DNA of 64,000 bases, from assembly GCA_963716175.1 (NCBI GenBank), contig OY970296.1:2656001-2720000 (forward strand). Reading direction: 5' to 3'. The translations under genes and the position numbers were made by a program. The notes below the pieces were generated by a model. That model did not search any database. It saw only the letters and a program-made list of their open reading frames with translations, and had not been told where the DNA came from. Shown here piece by piece: positions 20,397 through 30,775 of this stretch; position 1 is the stretch's first letter, and each line of letters starts with the position of its first letter. This DNA is from an uncultured Armatimonadetes bacterium. GTDB lineage: Bacteria > Armatimonadota > Hebobacteria > Hebobacterales > Hebobacteraceae.

Positions 20397-20744
20397 ATGA
20401 AGCAGAGCAGAGTTGAAGAGCCGCTTCTTCCGCCGTGGGTGGCGAAGGCGGCGGCGAGGCTGGCGCCCCTGGCGGTCCTGGTGCTGCTGTGGTGGCTGCT
20501 GAGCAGCGTTTTCAACCTGCCCGGCACGACTCTGACGCTGGTTCTGATCGTACCTGGCTTCGCTGCTCTAGTGTACTTTGGCGGCCGCTTCTACAAGCCG
20601 TTCTACGTGAACAAGGAAGGCCGGTGTGTGGCGGGGGGCGCGAAGGAGAGAGCAGGGTGTCGGCATTACGTCCCTGGGGCCAGGCTGGGGGGTGGGTGTG
20701 GCCGGCTGAGGGAAAACGGCAGGTGCCGCTACGTGACAGGGTGA
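20397..20744 (+). CDS. Small two-TM membrane protein with four-Cys C-terminal domain
   Basis: GGGGAG RBS; two hydrophobic helices; C...C...C...C tail. Confidence 0.6.
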   Translation: MKQSRVEEPLLPPWVAKAAARLAPLAVLVLLWWLLSSVFNLPGTTLTLVLIVPGFAALVYFGGRFYKPFYVNKEGRCVAGGAKERAGCRHYVPGARLGGGCGRLRENGRCRYVTG

Positions 20745-20754
20745 GGGGATTCGG

Positions 20755-21576
20755 TCAGAAGCCCATGCGCAGCCTGTGGGAGATACCGTGCCGGTGCGCC
20801 AGGCGGGATATGGTGCTGCGGAGCTGGTCGGCATAGGCGCGATCGGCATCTCGATCTGAGCCCAACCAGCGGTAGTCCTCCACCAATTCGGGGAAGTGCT
20901 TCCCGGCCATCTCCCTCAGCGAGGCCGCTACCCCGGAGCGGAAGTTGACCCGGTCAACGTAGATGTGGGTTACCGGCAGCTGGGCCACCGCGGAGAGCAG
21001 GGCGCTCAGGTTCTCCTTCTGATCGGTCAGCAGCGGCAAGAACGGACCCAGGAAGGCCCACACCTTGAGACCCCGCTCTGCCGCTTCCCTCAGCACCGCC
21101 AGCCGCTCGCGGCCGGGCGAGGCCTGGGGCTCGATCGCCCGGCACAGACCCTCATCCAGCGTAGTGATGCTGACGCCTATGTCCGCCGGCTTCCCCTCGA
21201 GCAAGGGCAATACCTGCCGCACCAGTGCACTCTTGGTGAGGATGGAAACCGGCCAGCCATTGTCGGCCAGGATGCGGACGCATTCTCCACTCAACCCATA
21301 CCTGGCTTCGAGCGGCTGCCAGCCATCGCACACCGAGCTGAGGATGACCGGGCCCGGCGGCTTGCGGCGCACCTCGCGTGCCAGCACCTCGGGCGCGTTT
21401 GTCCTCGCGTCCACGAACGTGCCCCAGGGCTCGCGGTGCCCGGTGAACCGCTTCATATACCGAGCATAGCAGTACTGGCAGCCGTGCTCGCATCCGACAT
21501 AGCAGTTGATGGCGTAGTCGGCGGGCAAGCCGGTCGCGGTGAGCACAGACTTGCAGATGATCTCGCGCCGTGTCAT
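20755..21576 (-). CDS. Radical SAM protein, SplB/DNA-repair photolyase-like family
   Basis: INCYVGCEHGCQYCYA (CxxxCxxC), SSVCD, ILTKS, SITT, IEP motifs. Confidence 0.88.
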   Translation of the reverse strand: MTRREIICKSVLTATGLPADYAINCYVGCEHGCQYCYARYMKRFTGHREPWGTFVDARTNAPEVLAREVRRKPPGPVILSSVCDGWQPLEARYGLSGECVRILADNGWPVSILTKSALVRQVLPLLEGKPADIGVSITTLDEGLCRAIEPQASPGRERLAVLREAAERGLKVWAFLGPFLPLLTDQKENLSALLSAVAQLPVTHIYVDRVNFRSGVAASLREMAGKHFPELVEDYRWLGSDRDADRAYADQLRSTISRLAHRHGISHRLRMGF

Positions 21577-21616
21577 GTGAGCAGCGATCGTCACCGAGGC
21601 CGCCGCGCCGAAAGCG

Positions 21617-21916
21617 TCATCGTTTGAAAGCGCTCAGCCCCGTGACCAATGCGGGCAGGCCGCCCGCCATGAAAGCCGCGCGCACGGTCTCGGCAATCTC
21701 CTGCTCGCTCGCCCCCTGCTGCCGCGCTCGCTCCGCAATCGCCGCCACCCCGTCGCGGTGGCCCAGGATGGCGTCGCCCAGCATTGACATCAGGGTCTTG
21801 GTCTTAGCATCGAGCGCCCCATCGGCGTCGGCCACTCCCATCAAATCCACCAATTTCGCTGCGAATTCCGGATCCTTCTGATCCAGCGGTTTGAGGAAAG
21901 GGGGAACCTGTACCAT
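21617..21916 (-). CDS. Carboxymuconolactone decarboxylase/AhpD family protein
   Basis: GALDAKTKTL, A...GASEQEIAE; AGGAGG RBS. Confidence 0.8.
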   Translation of the reverse strand: MVQVPPFLKPLDQKDPEFAAKLVDLMGVADADGALDAKTKTLMSMLGDAILGHRDGVAAIAERARQQGASEQEIAETVRAAFMAGGLPALVTGLSAFKR

Positions 21917-22160
21917 TTCCAGCCTCCTGTCCACGGCTATCATACTGTGGCTGGATTCTGCGTCTCGACGCTCTTCTCCCCTTACAAAGACAGCCACTGG
22001 TCACATAGGCCTGGCGAGACAGGCCAGGGGCCGGCAGGCTCAAGGCGCGGCCCGGGCTGACCGACAATAGCTAAGGGTGCCTACGGGCTGTATCACGGCC
22101 CAGTCAGCGAGCGCTGAGAGCGTCTTGCTGGGCTTCGGTTCTGGCCAGCACCACAGGGCA

Positions 22161-25130
22161 ATGCACCATATATCGCATCAGGCTGTTCTGGCGAGTGGGC
22201 TGCTACTGGCTGGCTTGGTGGCAGTCTGCATCATCCTGCTTCTGGAGCGAGCCGAGGCCCGCCGTCGGTGTGCCGCTGAGGTACTCAGGGCCAAGCGAGG
22301 CCTGGAATGCGAGATCGCGGAGCGCGAGCGCGCGGAGCAGGAGGTGCGGGAATCGGAGCAGAGATACCGTACGCTGGTGGACTCCGCGCCCGATCCCATT
22401 TTCGTGCTCAGTGAAAGTGGTGAGTTCCTGGCCGCAAACCAGGAGGCCGGGCGCGTGATCGGCAGAACCGCCGAGCAGGTGGTCGGGTTCAGCGTGCCTG
22501 AGCTGTTTCCTCCGGCGGTGGCCGACCAGCAGATGAGCGCCATTCGGGAAGTGTTCAAGACCGGCATGCCGCTGGTACCGGATACCGTGCTGATCCCCGG
22601 TCCGGAGGGTGATCGATGGTACTCGCCCAGGATCGCCCCCCTTAGAGATGCCCAGGGCAAGATCACCTCCGTGCTGGGCATCGCCCGTGACATCACCAAG
22701 CGCAAGCAAGCAGAGGAGGTGGAGCGAATCAGCAACAGCAGGTACCGCACGCTGATAGAGGCCCTCCCGCAGAAGATATTCCAGAAGGACCAGAACAGCG
22801 TCTACGTGGCCTGCAACGAGAACTACGCGAGGGACTTGGGGATTACCCCTGCCGAGGTTGCGGGAAAGACGGACTACGATTTCTTCCCCAGGGAATTGGC
22901 CGATAAGTACAGGGCGGACGACACGGCAATGATGGCATCGGGGAAGACGGCGGAGTTTGACGAGGCCTATCTCGAAGATGGCGAAAAGAGATTCGTACAT
23001 ACGGTCAAGACCCCGGTCAAAGACGAAGACGGAAACGTCACCGGCATCCTGGGGATATTCTGGGATATCACCGCGCGCAAGCAGGCCGAGGAGAAGCTGG
23101 CGACCGCCTACCGTCAGTTGGAGGAGACCAACAACGAGCTGAGACGCGCCATCGCCCAGACGAACGACTTGGCGATCCAAGCCGAGAAGGCGAGCATCGC
23201 CAAGAGCCAGTTCCTGGCCAACATGAGCCATGAGATCCGCACCCCCATGAATGCCATCATGGGCATGGCGGAGCTGGCGCTCGACACCAAGCTCACCTCC
23301 GAGCAGCGCGAGTACCTGATTGCGGTGCGCGAGTCGGCCAACTCTCTCCTGGATCTGATCAATGACATCCTCGATCTGGCCAGGGTGGAGGCCGGCAAGC
23401 TCGACCTGGAATTCATAGACTTCCACCTGCGGGACAGCCTGGGTGACGCGCTGAAGGTGCTCGCCCTCAGGGCGCATGAGAAGGGGCTCGAGCTAGCCTA
23501 CGAAGTCTGCCCCGAGGTGCCAGATGTGCTCCGGGGCGATCCCAGACGCCTCCGCCAGATCGTCACCAATCTGGTGGGCAATGCCATCAAGTTCACCGAG
23601 CAGGGCCAGGTGGTGGTTCGCGTGGAAGCGGAGTCGGAGACGGAGGAGGAGGTCGGCCTGCACTTCTCGGTCGCTGACACGGGGATTGGCATTCCCGAGG
23701 ACAAGCAGCGGATCATCTTCGAGGCCTTCGCCCAGGTGGACAGCTCCGCCACACGGCGCTATGGCGGCACGGGCCTGGGCCTGACCATCTCCGGCCAGCT
23801 CATAGCGGAGATGGGCGGCCGGATATGGGTGGAAAGCAAGGTGGGGGAGGGCAGCACGTTCCACTTCGCCGTCCCCCTGGGCCGGGGAAAGCCGGTGCCG
23901 GCCCTGCCTGCACAGCCCTCGGACATGAAGAATCTGCCCGTGCTGGTGGTGGACGATAACACCACAAACCGCGGCATTCTGGCACACATGCTCACGAACT
24001 GGGGCCTGAAGCCAAGGACGACCGGGGAGGCGCAGGAGGCGCTGGCCGCGATGCGAGAGGCGACGCAGACCGGGCAGCCCTTCGCCTTGGTGCTGCTGGA
24101 TGTCCAGATGCCGGGGATGGATGGTTTCGCGGTGGCCCAGCAGATCAAGGATGATCCTGAGCTGGCCGGGACCAGGATCATCATGCTCACCTCTTCCGGG
24201 CGGCGAGGCGATGCGGCGCGCTGCCGGAAGCTGGGGGTTTCGGGTTACCTCACCAAGCCGGTCAAGCAATCCGAGCTGTGGGAGGCCATCATGACGACAC
24301 TCGGCCTGCCCGCCTCGGCTACCGAGCCGGCACCTCTCATCACTCGGCACTCGCTGCGGGAGAGCCGCCGCCGACTCCGCATCCTGCTCGCCGAGGACCA
24401 TCCGGTCAACCAGAGGGTCGCGGTCCGGATGCTCGAGAAGCGAGGGCACCTGGTGGTCGTCGCCAGGAGCGGCAAGGAGGCGGTTGCTATCGCCAGGGAG
24501 CAGCCGCTCGATCTGGTGCTGATGGATGTGCAGATGCCGGAGCTGGACGGATTCGAGGCCACTGCCGCCATCCGGGACCAAGAGAAGGCGACTGGAAAGC
24601 ATCTGCCGATCATCGCCATGACCGCTCATGCTATGGAAGGGGACCGAGAGCGTTGTCTCGCCGCCGGCATGGACGGATACGTGGCGAAGCCGGTGACCGC
24701 GAGAGGGCTCTTCGAGGCGATCGAGAGTGTGGCTCCGGCAGCGCGTGGGCCGGAGCTGGCGTCGACCGGAACCGGAGAGGCCGAGGAAGTGCTGGACAGG
24801 GATGCGCTGCTGGGCAGTGTGGAGGGCGACATGGACCTGCTGAAGGAGATCCTCGACCAGTTTGGGGAGGACCGCTCGAAGCTGCTATCAGAGATACGGA
24901 GTGCGATCTCCTACGGAGATGCGGAGGCGTTGGAGCACACCGCCCACACTCTCAAGGGCGCGCTGGGCGCGCTCGGGGCCAAGCGCGCCTTCGATGCCGC
25001 GCTCAGGCTGGAGATGATGGGACGCCGCGGCGATCTCTCGCGGGCGGGTGAGGCCAGTGCCGAGCTGCAAGAGGAAATCGAACGCCTGCAGCCGGCGCTC
25101 GCCGCGTTGGCAACAGGTGAGGTCAGGTGA
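22161..25130 (+). CDS. Hybrid histidine kinase: TM, 2xPAS, HisKA, HATPase, 2xREC, HPt
   Basis: FLANMSHEIRTPMN, GGTGLGL, two DVQMP receivers, AHTLKG HPt; start uncertain. Confidence 0.93.
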   Translation: MHHISHQAVLASGLLLAGLVAVCIILLLERAEARRRCAAEVLRAKRGLECEIAERERAEQEVRESEQRYRTLVDSAPDPIFVLSESGEFLAANQEAGRVIGRTAEQVVGFSVPELFPPAVADQQMSAIREVFKTGMPLVPDTVLIPGPEGDRWYSPRIAPLRDAQGKITSVLGIARDITKRKQAEEVERISNSRYRTLIEALPQKIFQKDQNSVYVACNENYARDLGITPAEVAGKTDYDFFPRELADKYRADDTAMMASGKTAEFDEAYLEDGEKRFVHTVKTPVKDEDGNVTGILGIFWDITARKQAEEKLATAYRQLEETNNELRRAIAQTNDLAIQAEKASIAKSQFLANMSHEIRTPMNAIMGMAELALDTKLTSEQREYLIAVRESANSLLDLINDILDLARVEAGKLDLEFIDFHLRDSLGDALKVLALRAHEKGLELAYEVCPEVPDVLRGDPRRLRQIVTNLVGNAIKFTEQGQVVVRVEAESETEEEVGLHFSVADTGIGIPEDKQRIIFEAFAQVDSSATRRYGGTGLGLTISGQLIAEMGGRIWVESKVGEGSTFHFAVPLGRGKPVPALPAQPSDMKNLPVLVVDDNTTNRGILAHMLTNWGLKPRTTGEAQEALAAMREATQTGQPFALVLLDVQMPGMDGFAVAQQIKDDPELAGTRIIMLTSSGRRGDAARCRKLGVSGYLTKPVKQSELWEAIMTTLGLPASATEPAPLITRHSLRESRRRLRILLAEDHPVNQRVAVRMLEKRGHLVVVARSGKEAVAIAREQPLDLVLMDVQMPELDGFEATAAIRDQEKATGKHLPIIAMTAHAMEGDRERCLAAGMDGYVAKPVTARGLFEAIESVAPAARGPELASTGTGEAEEVLDRDALLGSVEGDMDLLKEILDQFGEDRSKLLSEIRSAISYGDAEALEHTAHTLKGALGALGAKRAFDAALRLEMMGRRGDLSRAGEASAELQEEIERLQPALAALATGEVR

Positions 25131-26056
25131 AAATCCTGGTGGTGGACGACCAACCCGTGTATCGGCGCCTGATCGAGGCCGCGCTGCGGAAAGCGGGCCA
25201 TGGGTTGACGGTGGTGGCCGACGGCGAGCAGGCCTGGGAGACGCTGGAGCAGGAGGAATACGATCTGGCCGTGCTGGACTGGCTGATGCCGGGGATGGAC
25301 GGCGTCACCCTCTGCCGGCGACTGCGGCAGAGAGTGGGGACGCGCTACCTCTACATCGTCATCCTCACCGCCAAGGACGGGCTTGCTGATATGGTGAAGG
25401 GACTGGATGCAGGGGCCGACGAGTACCTGGTCAAGCCATTCAACCCCGAGGAGCTTCGCGCTCGCGTCCGCGCTGGCGGGCGGATTGTGGAACTGGAGCG
25501 GAGGCTGTCCCAGGCCAATGCGCAGCTCGCCGCCCTTGCTTCCACGGACGAACTCACCGGGCTGATGAGCCGCCGCGCCATTCTCCGACGACTACAGGAG
25601 GAGATCGGCCGCAGCCTGCTGGAGCGCCGCCGCCTGAGTGTAGTCCTGGTGGACCTGGACGGCTTGAAGCAGATCAACGACAGGTACGGACATGCCGTGG
25701 GAGATGCTGTCCTGAAGGAAGCCTCCCATCGGCTGACGGCCCTGCTTCGCCGCTACGACAGCCTGGGCCGACTGGGCGGAGATGAGCTGCTGCTCCTGCT
25801 CCCAGGCTCCAGCGAGACCGAGGCCTCAGGGATGGCCGAGCGGATGCGAGCAGCCCTGGCCGGGCGGCCCTTTCCGATGGAGCCGGACCTCTCTGTGCAA
25901 GTCACCGCAGGCTTCGGCGCGGCCGAGGTGGATGAGGCCGGCGATAGCAAGACCGTCTTGCTGCGAGCAGACGAGGCGCTTTACCAGGCAAAACGCCAGG
26001 GCGGGAACGCCGTCGGTGTCGCCTCTTCAGTGCTGGCAGGCGAGGCGACAGAGTAG
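25127..26056 (+). CDS. Response regulator diguanylate cyclase (REC + GGDEF)
   Basis: VVDD, DWLMP; INDRYGH, RRYD I-site, GGDEL; GTGA overlap with the kinase. Confidence 0.9.
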   Translation: MKILVVDDQPVYRRLIEAALRKAGHGLTVVADGEQAWETLEQEEYDLAVLDWLMPGMDGVTLCRRLRQRVGTRYLYIVILTAKDGLADMVKGLDAGADEYLVKPFNPEELRARVRAGGRIVELERRLSQANAQLAALASTDELTGLMSRRAILRRLQEEIGRSLLERRRLSVVLVDLDGLKQINDRYGHAVGDAVLKEASHRLTALLRRYDSLGRLGGDELLLLLPGSSETEASGMAERMRAALAGRPFPMEPDLSVQVTAGFGAAEVDEAGDSKTVLLRADEALYQAKRQGGNAVGVASSVLAGEATE

Positions 26057-26070
26057 GCTGCAACTGCCGC

Positions 26071-27378
26071 TCACCCCAGCAGCCAGCCGAGCATGGCTGC
26101 GGCCAGGTGCGAGATCTCCGCGTGGTCGGAGACTGGCAGGAGCGTCCAGACGAAGGCGTCATCCCAGGTATGCATTCCCTGAAAGTGGGTCCTGGCGAAG
26201 ACCTCTTTTCCCTTCGTGCTGCCCTTGAGATCGAAGCCGTTACGGCCGATGGCCACCAGGTCGGGGCCATGCTGCGACCTTGCTCCCCGGTAGATCTCAT
26301 CCCGGGAGAAGACGCGCTCGATCACGGGCTCTCCCTCCCAGGTCAGATGGCGCAGGCCGTGGGCCAGCTCCTCGCGCAGCGGAGGCGCCTCCTCGGGGCC
26401 TACGCATCCCCTGGCGAAGCGGCCGCGCAGATGGAGGTAGATGCGTCCCGGGTCGAGGGCAAAGGCGCGGGAGGCGGCCGCGAGCTCAGCCACGGAGGCC
26501 GGCTCCTGCTGCTCGTAACTGAGATAGCCGTGGTCCCTCAGCCAGGCATTCACCCTCACCTCGTGCTCGACCGCGGTGAACCCGTGGTCCGACAGCAGCA
26601 GGACTCCCTCGCCCTCGCGGTCCCCCGAGCGGCCCTCGTGGAACCAGTCCCAGATGTCGCCGATCAGCGCGTCCACGGCCCGGTAATAGCGCATCGCCTG
26701 CTGGTGCCGGGGGTGGTCGTCCTGCTCGACCGCGCTCCAGAGGAAGTGGTGCAGGCGATCGGTGCCTGTGAGCACCACCTGGAAGTAGTCCCAGGCCTCT
26801 CGCTCCCAGAAGTACCGCGCCGCGCGTGCCCGCGCGGCCAGAGTGGCATCGAGCTCGGCGAGCAAGGCATCGGGGTCCTCGCGGGCGCGCTCGGTGCTGA
26901 CATCGACGCGGTACCCCATCCGCTGGAGGGCCGGGAGGTGCTCCTTGGGCCACACGCTCTTCGCCAGATCGGGGGCGACGAAGCCGGAGACGAGCGCGCC
27001 GGGCACCGGGCGCGCGGGGTAGGTGGCGGGCTGGTTGATGATGCAGCAGCGCCGCCCGGCCTCGCCCAGCCGATCCCAGAGTGTGGGCACTGCCAGATCG
27101 CCGAACCCCGGGAAGCGCAAGCGGTAGCTGTCCGCGGAGACGTCGGTGAAGCCGAAGATGCCATGCTCCCCCGGGTTGGAGCCGGTCATGAAGGAGGACC
27201 AACTGACGGAGGAAACCGGGGGAAGGGAGGCCCGCATCTGCCTGAGGCCTCCGGCCCGGATGATGTCGGCGGTGCGCGGCATCACGGACTGGTGCGCGAG
27301 CCGTTGCAGCAGCCCGATCGGCACCCCGTCCAGCCCCACCACGCAGACCCGCCTCTTGCTGCGGCGAGAGAAAGGCAT
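26071..27378 (-). CDS. Alkaline phosphatase superfamily / NPP-type protein
   Basis: GLDG, PPVSSVSWSSFMTG, TDRLHH, SDHG, GMH. Confidence 0.88.
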   Translation of the reverse strand: MPFSRRSKRRVCVVGLDGVPIGLLQRLAHQSVMPRTADIIRAGGLRQMRASLPPVSSVSWSSFMTGSNPGEHGIFGFTDVSADSYRLRFPGFGDLAVPTLWDRLGEAGRRCCIINQPATYPARPVPGALVSGFVAPDLAKSVWPKEHLPALQRMGYRVDVSTERAREDPDALLAELDATLAARARAARYFWEREAWDYFQVVLTGTDRLHHFLWSAVEQDDHPRHQQAMRYYRAVDALIGDIWDWFHEGRSGDREGEGVLLLSDHGFTAVEHEVRVNAWLRDHGYLSYEQQEPASVAELAAASRAFALDPGRIYLHLRGRFARGCVGPEEAPPLREELAHGLRHLTWEGEPVIERVFSRDEIYRGARSQHGPDLVAIGRNGFDLKGSTKGKEVFARTHFQGMHTWDDAFVWTLLPVSDHAEISHLAAAMLGWLLG

Positions 27379-27410
27379 GACTCACCCCGGCTTGGTCGCC
27401 TCTGGCGACC

Positions 27411-28013
27411 TCAGATATAGCCCAGGTCGCGCAGCCGCTGCTTGATGCTCTCCTCTTCCTCTTCGCTGTAGCCACGGGTGTCACCGGCCGGGATATACCC
27501 CATCGTCTCCAGCGTGCCGATGATTTTGCCCACCGAGGTGTCAACGTCTTCCCGCCCGGTGTCGCAGACCACCTCGGGATGCTCCGGTGGCTCGTAGGGA
27601 TCGCTGACGCCAGTGAAGTGGGCGATCTCTCCTCGCAGCGCTTTCTCGTAGAGGCCCTTGGGATCGCGCGCGGTCAGGATCTCCAGGTCGCACTTGCAGT
27701 AGACCTCCACGAACCGGCCCACCAGCCTTCGGTTCTCCTCCCGGATCTCCCGGTAGGGGGAGATGGCGGCTGCTATCGCCACCACATCGTTGCGAGTAAG
27801 CAGGTGACAGATGAACCCGATGCGGCGGATATGGGTGTCGCGATCCTCCTTCGAGAACCCCAGCCCCTTGCTCAGGTTCAGGCGCACCACATCCCCGTCC
27901 AGCACCTCCACCTTCATCCCCCGCTCCAGCAGGATGTCGCGCACCTGCTCGGCCAGGGTGCTCTTGCCCGAGCCCGGAAGACCTGTGAACCAGAGAGTGA
28001 ATCCCTTCGCCAT
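27411..28013 (-). CDS. cysC: Adenylyl-sulfate kinase with extra C-terminal RLRDLGYI tail
   Basis: [43 protein letters not shown]. Confidence 0.96.
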   Translation of the reverse strand: MAKGFTLWFTGLPGSGKSTLAEQVRDILLERGMKVEVLDGDVVRLNLSKGLGFSKEDRDTHIRRIGFICHLLTRNDVVAIAAAISPYREIREENRRLVGRFVEVYCKCDLEILTARDPKGLYEKALRGEIAHFTGVSDPYEPPEHPEVVCDTGREDVDTSVGKIIGTLETMGYIPAGDTRGYSEEEEESIKQRLRDLGYI

Positions 28014-28023
28014 GTCCCGCCTT

Positions 28024-29403
28024 TCAGATGATGGACTCGCCGATCATGTCCGCTGGCACTGCCACCCCAAACCACTTGAGAATGGAGGGCGCCACATCGT
28101 AGATGCGATACCGCTCGGCCCGCCGCGGCGACCAGCCGGGCCCAGGATCCCAGGCCAGCACTCCGTCCGGGAGGTGGTTGGCATCGTCCGGCCCGGTATC
28201 GTTCTCCCGCTGGTGGACGGCTCCCATCCCCACCGATCCCGCGGAGCGCCAGTCGAGATCGCCGAAGTAGACGATCAGGTCGGGCGCGATGTTGTTCACT
28301 TCCCGGTAGACCTCTTCCGGGCGGAACACCCGGGTGCCGATGGGAGCCTGGCGCTCGTCCCCCAGCGCCTCCAGGCCGGCCTTCACCTCCTCCCGGACTC
28401 GCTCGTACGCGCCTGGAGGAATGCATCCCTGCGGCTCCCGGCCGGCCACATTGAGGAAGATCCGCCCGTAATAGCCTCCCTCTCCCCAGGCCCTGGTATG
28501 GGGCCAGTCAACCATCTGGGGAGCTAAGGGCACTCGCCGCGCGGGCTGCTCTTTCAGCTTCAGGTAGCCCTGCTGCTGGAGCCACTCGTTGACGCAGATC
28601 GCCCCCTGCATCGCCTTCGCGCCATGGTCGGAAACCACCAGGAAAGAGGCGCCGTCCCCGGCCGCCTCCATGGTTCTGCCGATCTCCTCATCCAGGCTGA
28701 GATAGTAATCGTGCAGCACGTGCTGATAGGGATTGCCCGGCTGGTAGAGCCGATGCTCCGGGTCGCAGAACCGCCAGAAGCCGTGCTGGAGCCGGTCCGG
28801 CCCCATTTCCACCATCATGGCGAAGTCGAAATCGTCGCTCTTCAGCAGCGCCCGAAAGGCGCGGAAGCGCGCCGCGGTCATCTTCTTCACAGACGCCAGC
28901 AGGGCTGCTTTGTCCTCGGTGCGGAAGTCCTTGACATCTATCACGTACTCGCCGCCGGCGGCCTGATCCAACACCTCTTGAATCGCGGCCGGATAGGTGA
29001 AGGACACCTCTTTGCTCGGCGTGGTGAAATCGGACACCATGATTCCATGCAGGGGCTGAGGCGGGTAGGTCTGGGGCACGCCCATCACCAGCGACTTCAG
29101 GCGGCCGCGGGAGAGGTAGTTCCATACCGTGCGGGCTTTGATGGCGGTGGCGTTGGTCACGCGCAGAGCGTCGTACTCGTAGCTGGCGCGATTGCGGAAC
29201 CCATACACCCCCAGCATGCCGGGGTCCTTGGAGGTCATCATGGCCGTCCAGGCCGGGACCGTGATGGGGGGGATGGTGGAGTGCAGACGTCCGGATGTTC
29301 CCCGGCTCGCCAGCGCCTTGAGATTGGGCATCTCGCCCAACCAGGCCTCGAGCGCCCACTGGGGAGTCAAGCAGTCCAGTCCGATCACCACCAGGCGCTT
29401 CAT
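28024..29403 (-). CDS. Alkaline phosphatase superfamily / NPP-type protein
   Basis: [30 protein letters not shown]. Confidence 0.88.
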   Translation of the reverse strand: MKRLVVIGLDCLTPQWALEAWLGEMPNLKALASRGTSGRLHSTIPPITVPAWTAMMTSKDPGMLGVYGFRNRASYEYDALRVTNATAIKARTVWNYLSRGRLKSLVMGVPQTYPPQPLHGIMVSDFTTPSKEVSFTYPAAIQEVLDQAAGGEYVIDVKDFRTEDKAALLASVKKMTAARFRAFRALLKSDDFDFAMMVEMGPDRLQHGFWRFCDPEHRLYQPGNPYQHVLHDYYLSLDEEIGRTMEAAGDGASFLVVSDHGAKAMQGAICVNEWLQQQGYLKLKEQPARRVPLAPQMVDWPHTRAWGEGGYYGRIFLNVAGREPQGCIPPGAYERVREEVKAGLEALGDERQAPIGTRVFRPEEVYREVNNIAPDLIVYFGDLDWRSAGSVGMGAVHQRENDTGPDDANHLPDGVLAWDPGPGWSPRRAERYRIYDVAPSILKWFGVAVPADMIGESII

Positions 29404-30560
29404 GCCTCTTCTCTCCGGCGCATGCTCTCGGTCAGGATCTGAGCCACCTCGGCCCGGGTGAACTGGGCCGGGGGCAGCTCTCCCGCGGCCAGCATCTGGC
29501 GCACCCTGGTGCCGCTGAGCGTGACATGGTCATCGGGGCCGTGCGGGCAGGTCTTGGTGGTCGCCATATTCTCGCACCGCCGGCAATAGAAGGCGTGATC
29601 GAAGAATAGCGGCGTGATCGCGATCTCGTCGGGCTCGAACTCGCCGAAGATGGCGTGAGCGTCGAAGGGCCCGTAGTAGTTCCCCACGCCGGCGTGATCG
29701 CGACCCACGATGAAGTGGGTGCAGCCATAGTTCTTGCGGATGAGAGCGTGGAAGATGGCCTCCCGGGGCCCCGCGTAGCGCATCGCCGCGGGGAACACGG
29801 AGAGCACCACGCGGTCGCGCGGATAGTAGTGCTCGATGAGGGCTTCATAGCAGCGCATCCGCACCTCGGCCGGAGTGTCATCGGCCTTGGTCTCTCCCAC
29901 CAGGGGGTGAATCAGCAGGCCGTCGGCCAGCTCCAGCGCACACTTCTGGAGATATTCGTGGGCGCGATGGATCGGGTTCCGGGTCTGAAAGGCGGCAATC
30001 CGCTGCCATCCCTTGGCGACGAAGAGCACGCGCGTCTCCTTGGGCTGCAGGCGGTAGCGAAGGAAATCCCGGTGTTCCGGCGCGCGAATCAGGTGAATGC
30101 GGCCACCCAGGTAGACGGGCGATATGGAGTTCAGGTACTGCACCCCGGGGTGCGCCCCATCGGTGGTGCGCAACACCAGCTGGGCCTCATGGTCGTGGTC
30201 CACCCGGTAGCGGTCCGCCACCTCCATCACCGCCAGGGCGCGGCCTCCCTCATCCACCAGCGCGGCCTGGCTCCCGGGCTTCAGCTCCTCGTGCTCGGCC
30301 TGCTTCGCCGAAAGCACCACCGGGATGCTCCACACCAGGCCGCCGGCGAGGCGCATGGACTCCACCACACTGTGGTAGTCGGCGCTGGTCATGAATCCTT
30401 CGAGCGGGCTCATGGCCCCATAGGCGATCATCTCAACATCCGCCAGCTCCCGCTCGTTCAGAGCGATCTTCGGCAGATGCTCGGCCGCCTGCGCCAGCCG
30501 CTCCCGCTCTCCGCCCGAGGCGGTGCGGTCAACCAGCTTGCCACCATGTGGGCTGATCAT
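29400..30560 (-). CDS. sat: Sulfate adenylyltransferase (Sat type)
   Basis: PHGG, SPLEGFM, AFQTRNPIHRAHEY, MRYAGPREA, GRDHAG, LSGTRVR. Confidence 0.96.
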   Translation of the reverse strand: MISPHGGKLVDRTASGGERERLAQAAEHLPKIALNERELADVEMIAYGAMSPLEGFMTSADYHSVVESMRLAGGLVWSIPVVLSAKQAEHEELKPGSQAALVDEGGRALAVMEVADRYRVDHDHEAQLVLRTTDGAHPGVQYLNSISPVYLGGRIHLIRAPEHRDFLRYRLQPKETRVLFVAKGWQRIAAFQTRNPIHRAHEYLQKCALELADGLLIHPLVGETKADDTPAEVRMRCYEALIEHYYPRDRVVLSVFPAAMRYAGPREAIFHALIRKNYGCTHFIVGRDHAGVGNYYGPFDAHAIFGEFEPDEIAITPLFFDHAFYCRRCENMATTKTCPHGPDDHVTLSGTRVRQMLAAGELPPAQFTRAEVAQILTESMRRREEA

Positions 30561-30601
30561 GCTATCGCGAGTCCATTCCGGCAACCATAGGGTTGACTAG
30601 A

Positions 30602-30722
30602 GCGCATTTCATAGCCTACCTGCTGGCTGGCCGCACCACGCCCTCGCACGAAATGCGCCTGCCACTGCCTGACGTTGTGCAGTGCTGCTTCATAACCTCC
30701 CCTGGGAAGGTTATGAAACAGC
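30602..30722. repeat. Two inverted repeats upstream of sat (possible IS/MITE remnant or operator)
   Basis: GCGCATTTC/GAAATGCGC (30602-30610, 30650-30658); 15-bp arms with one mismatch at 30684-30698 and 30708-30722. Confidence 0.55.
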
Positions 30723-30775
30723 TTCTAACTGAGAGTCATAGTTTAGCCCACGGCGGGGCAACGTCCTGCCGGCCC

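Noticed and set aside
30561-30775. SAM riboswitch upstream of sat
   Set aside because: SAM-I conserved elements (ATC.AGAG, GAGGGA, GCAACC...GTGC) are not present in order on the minus strand
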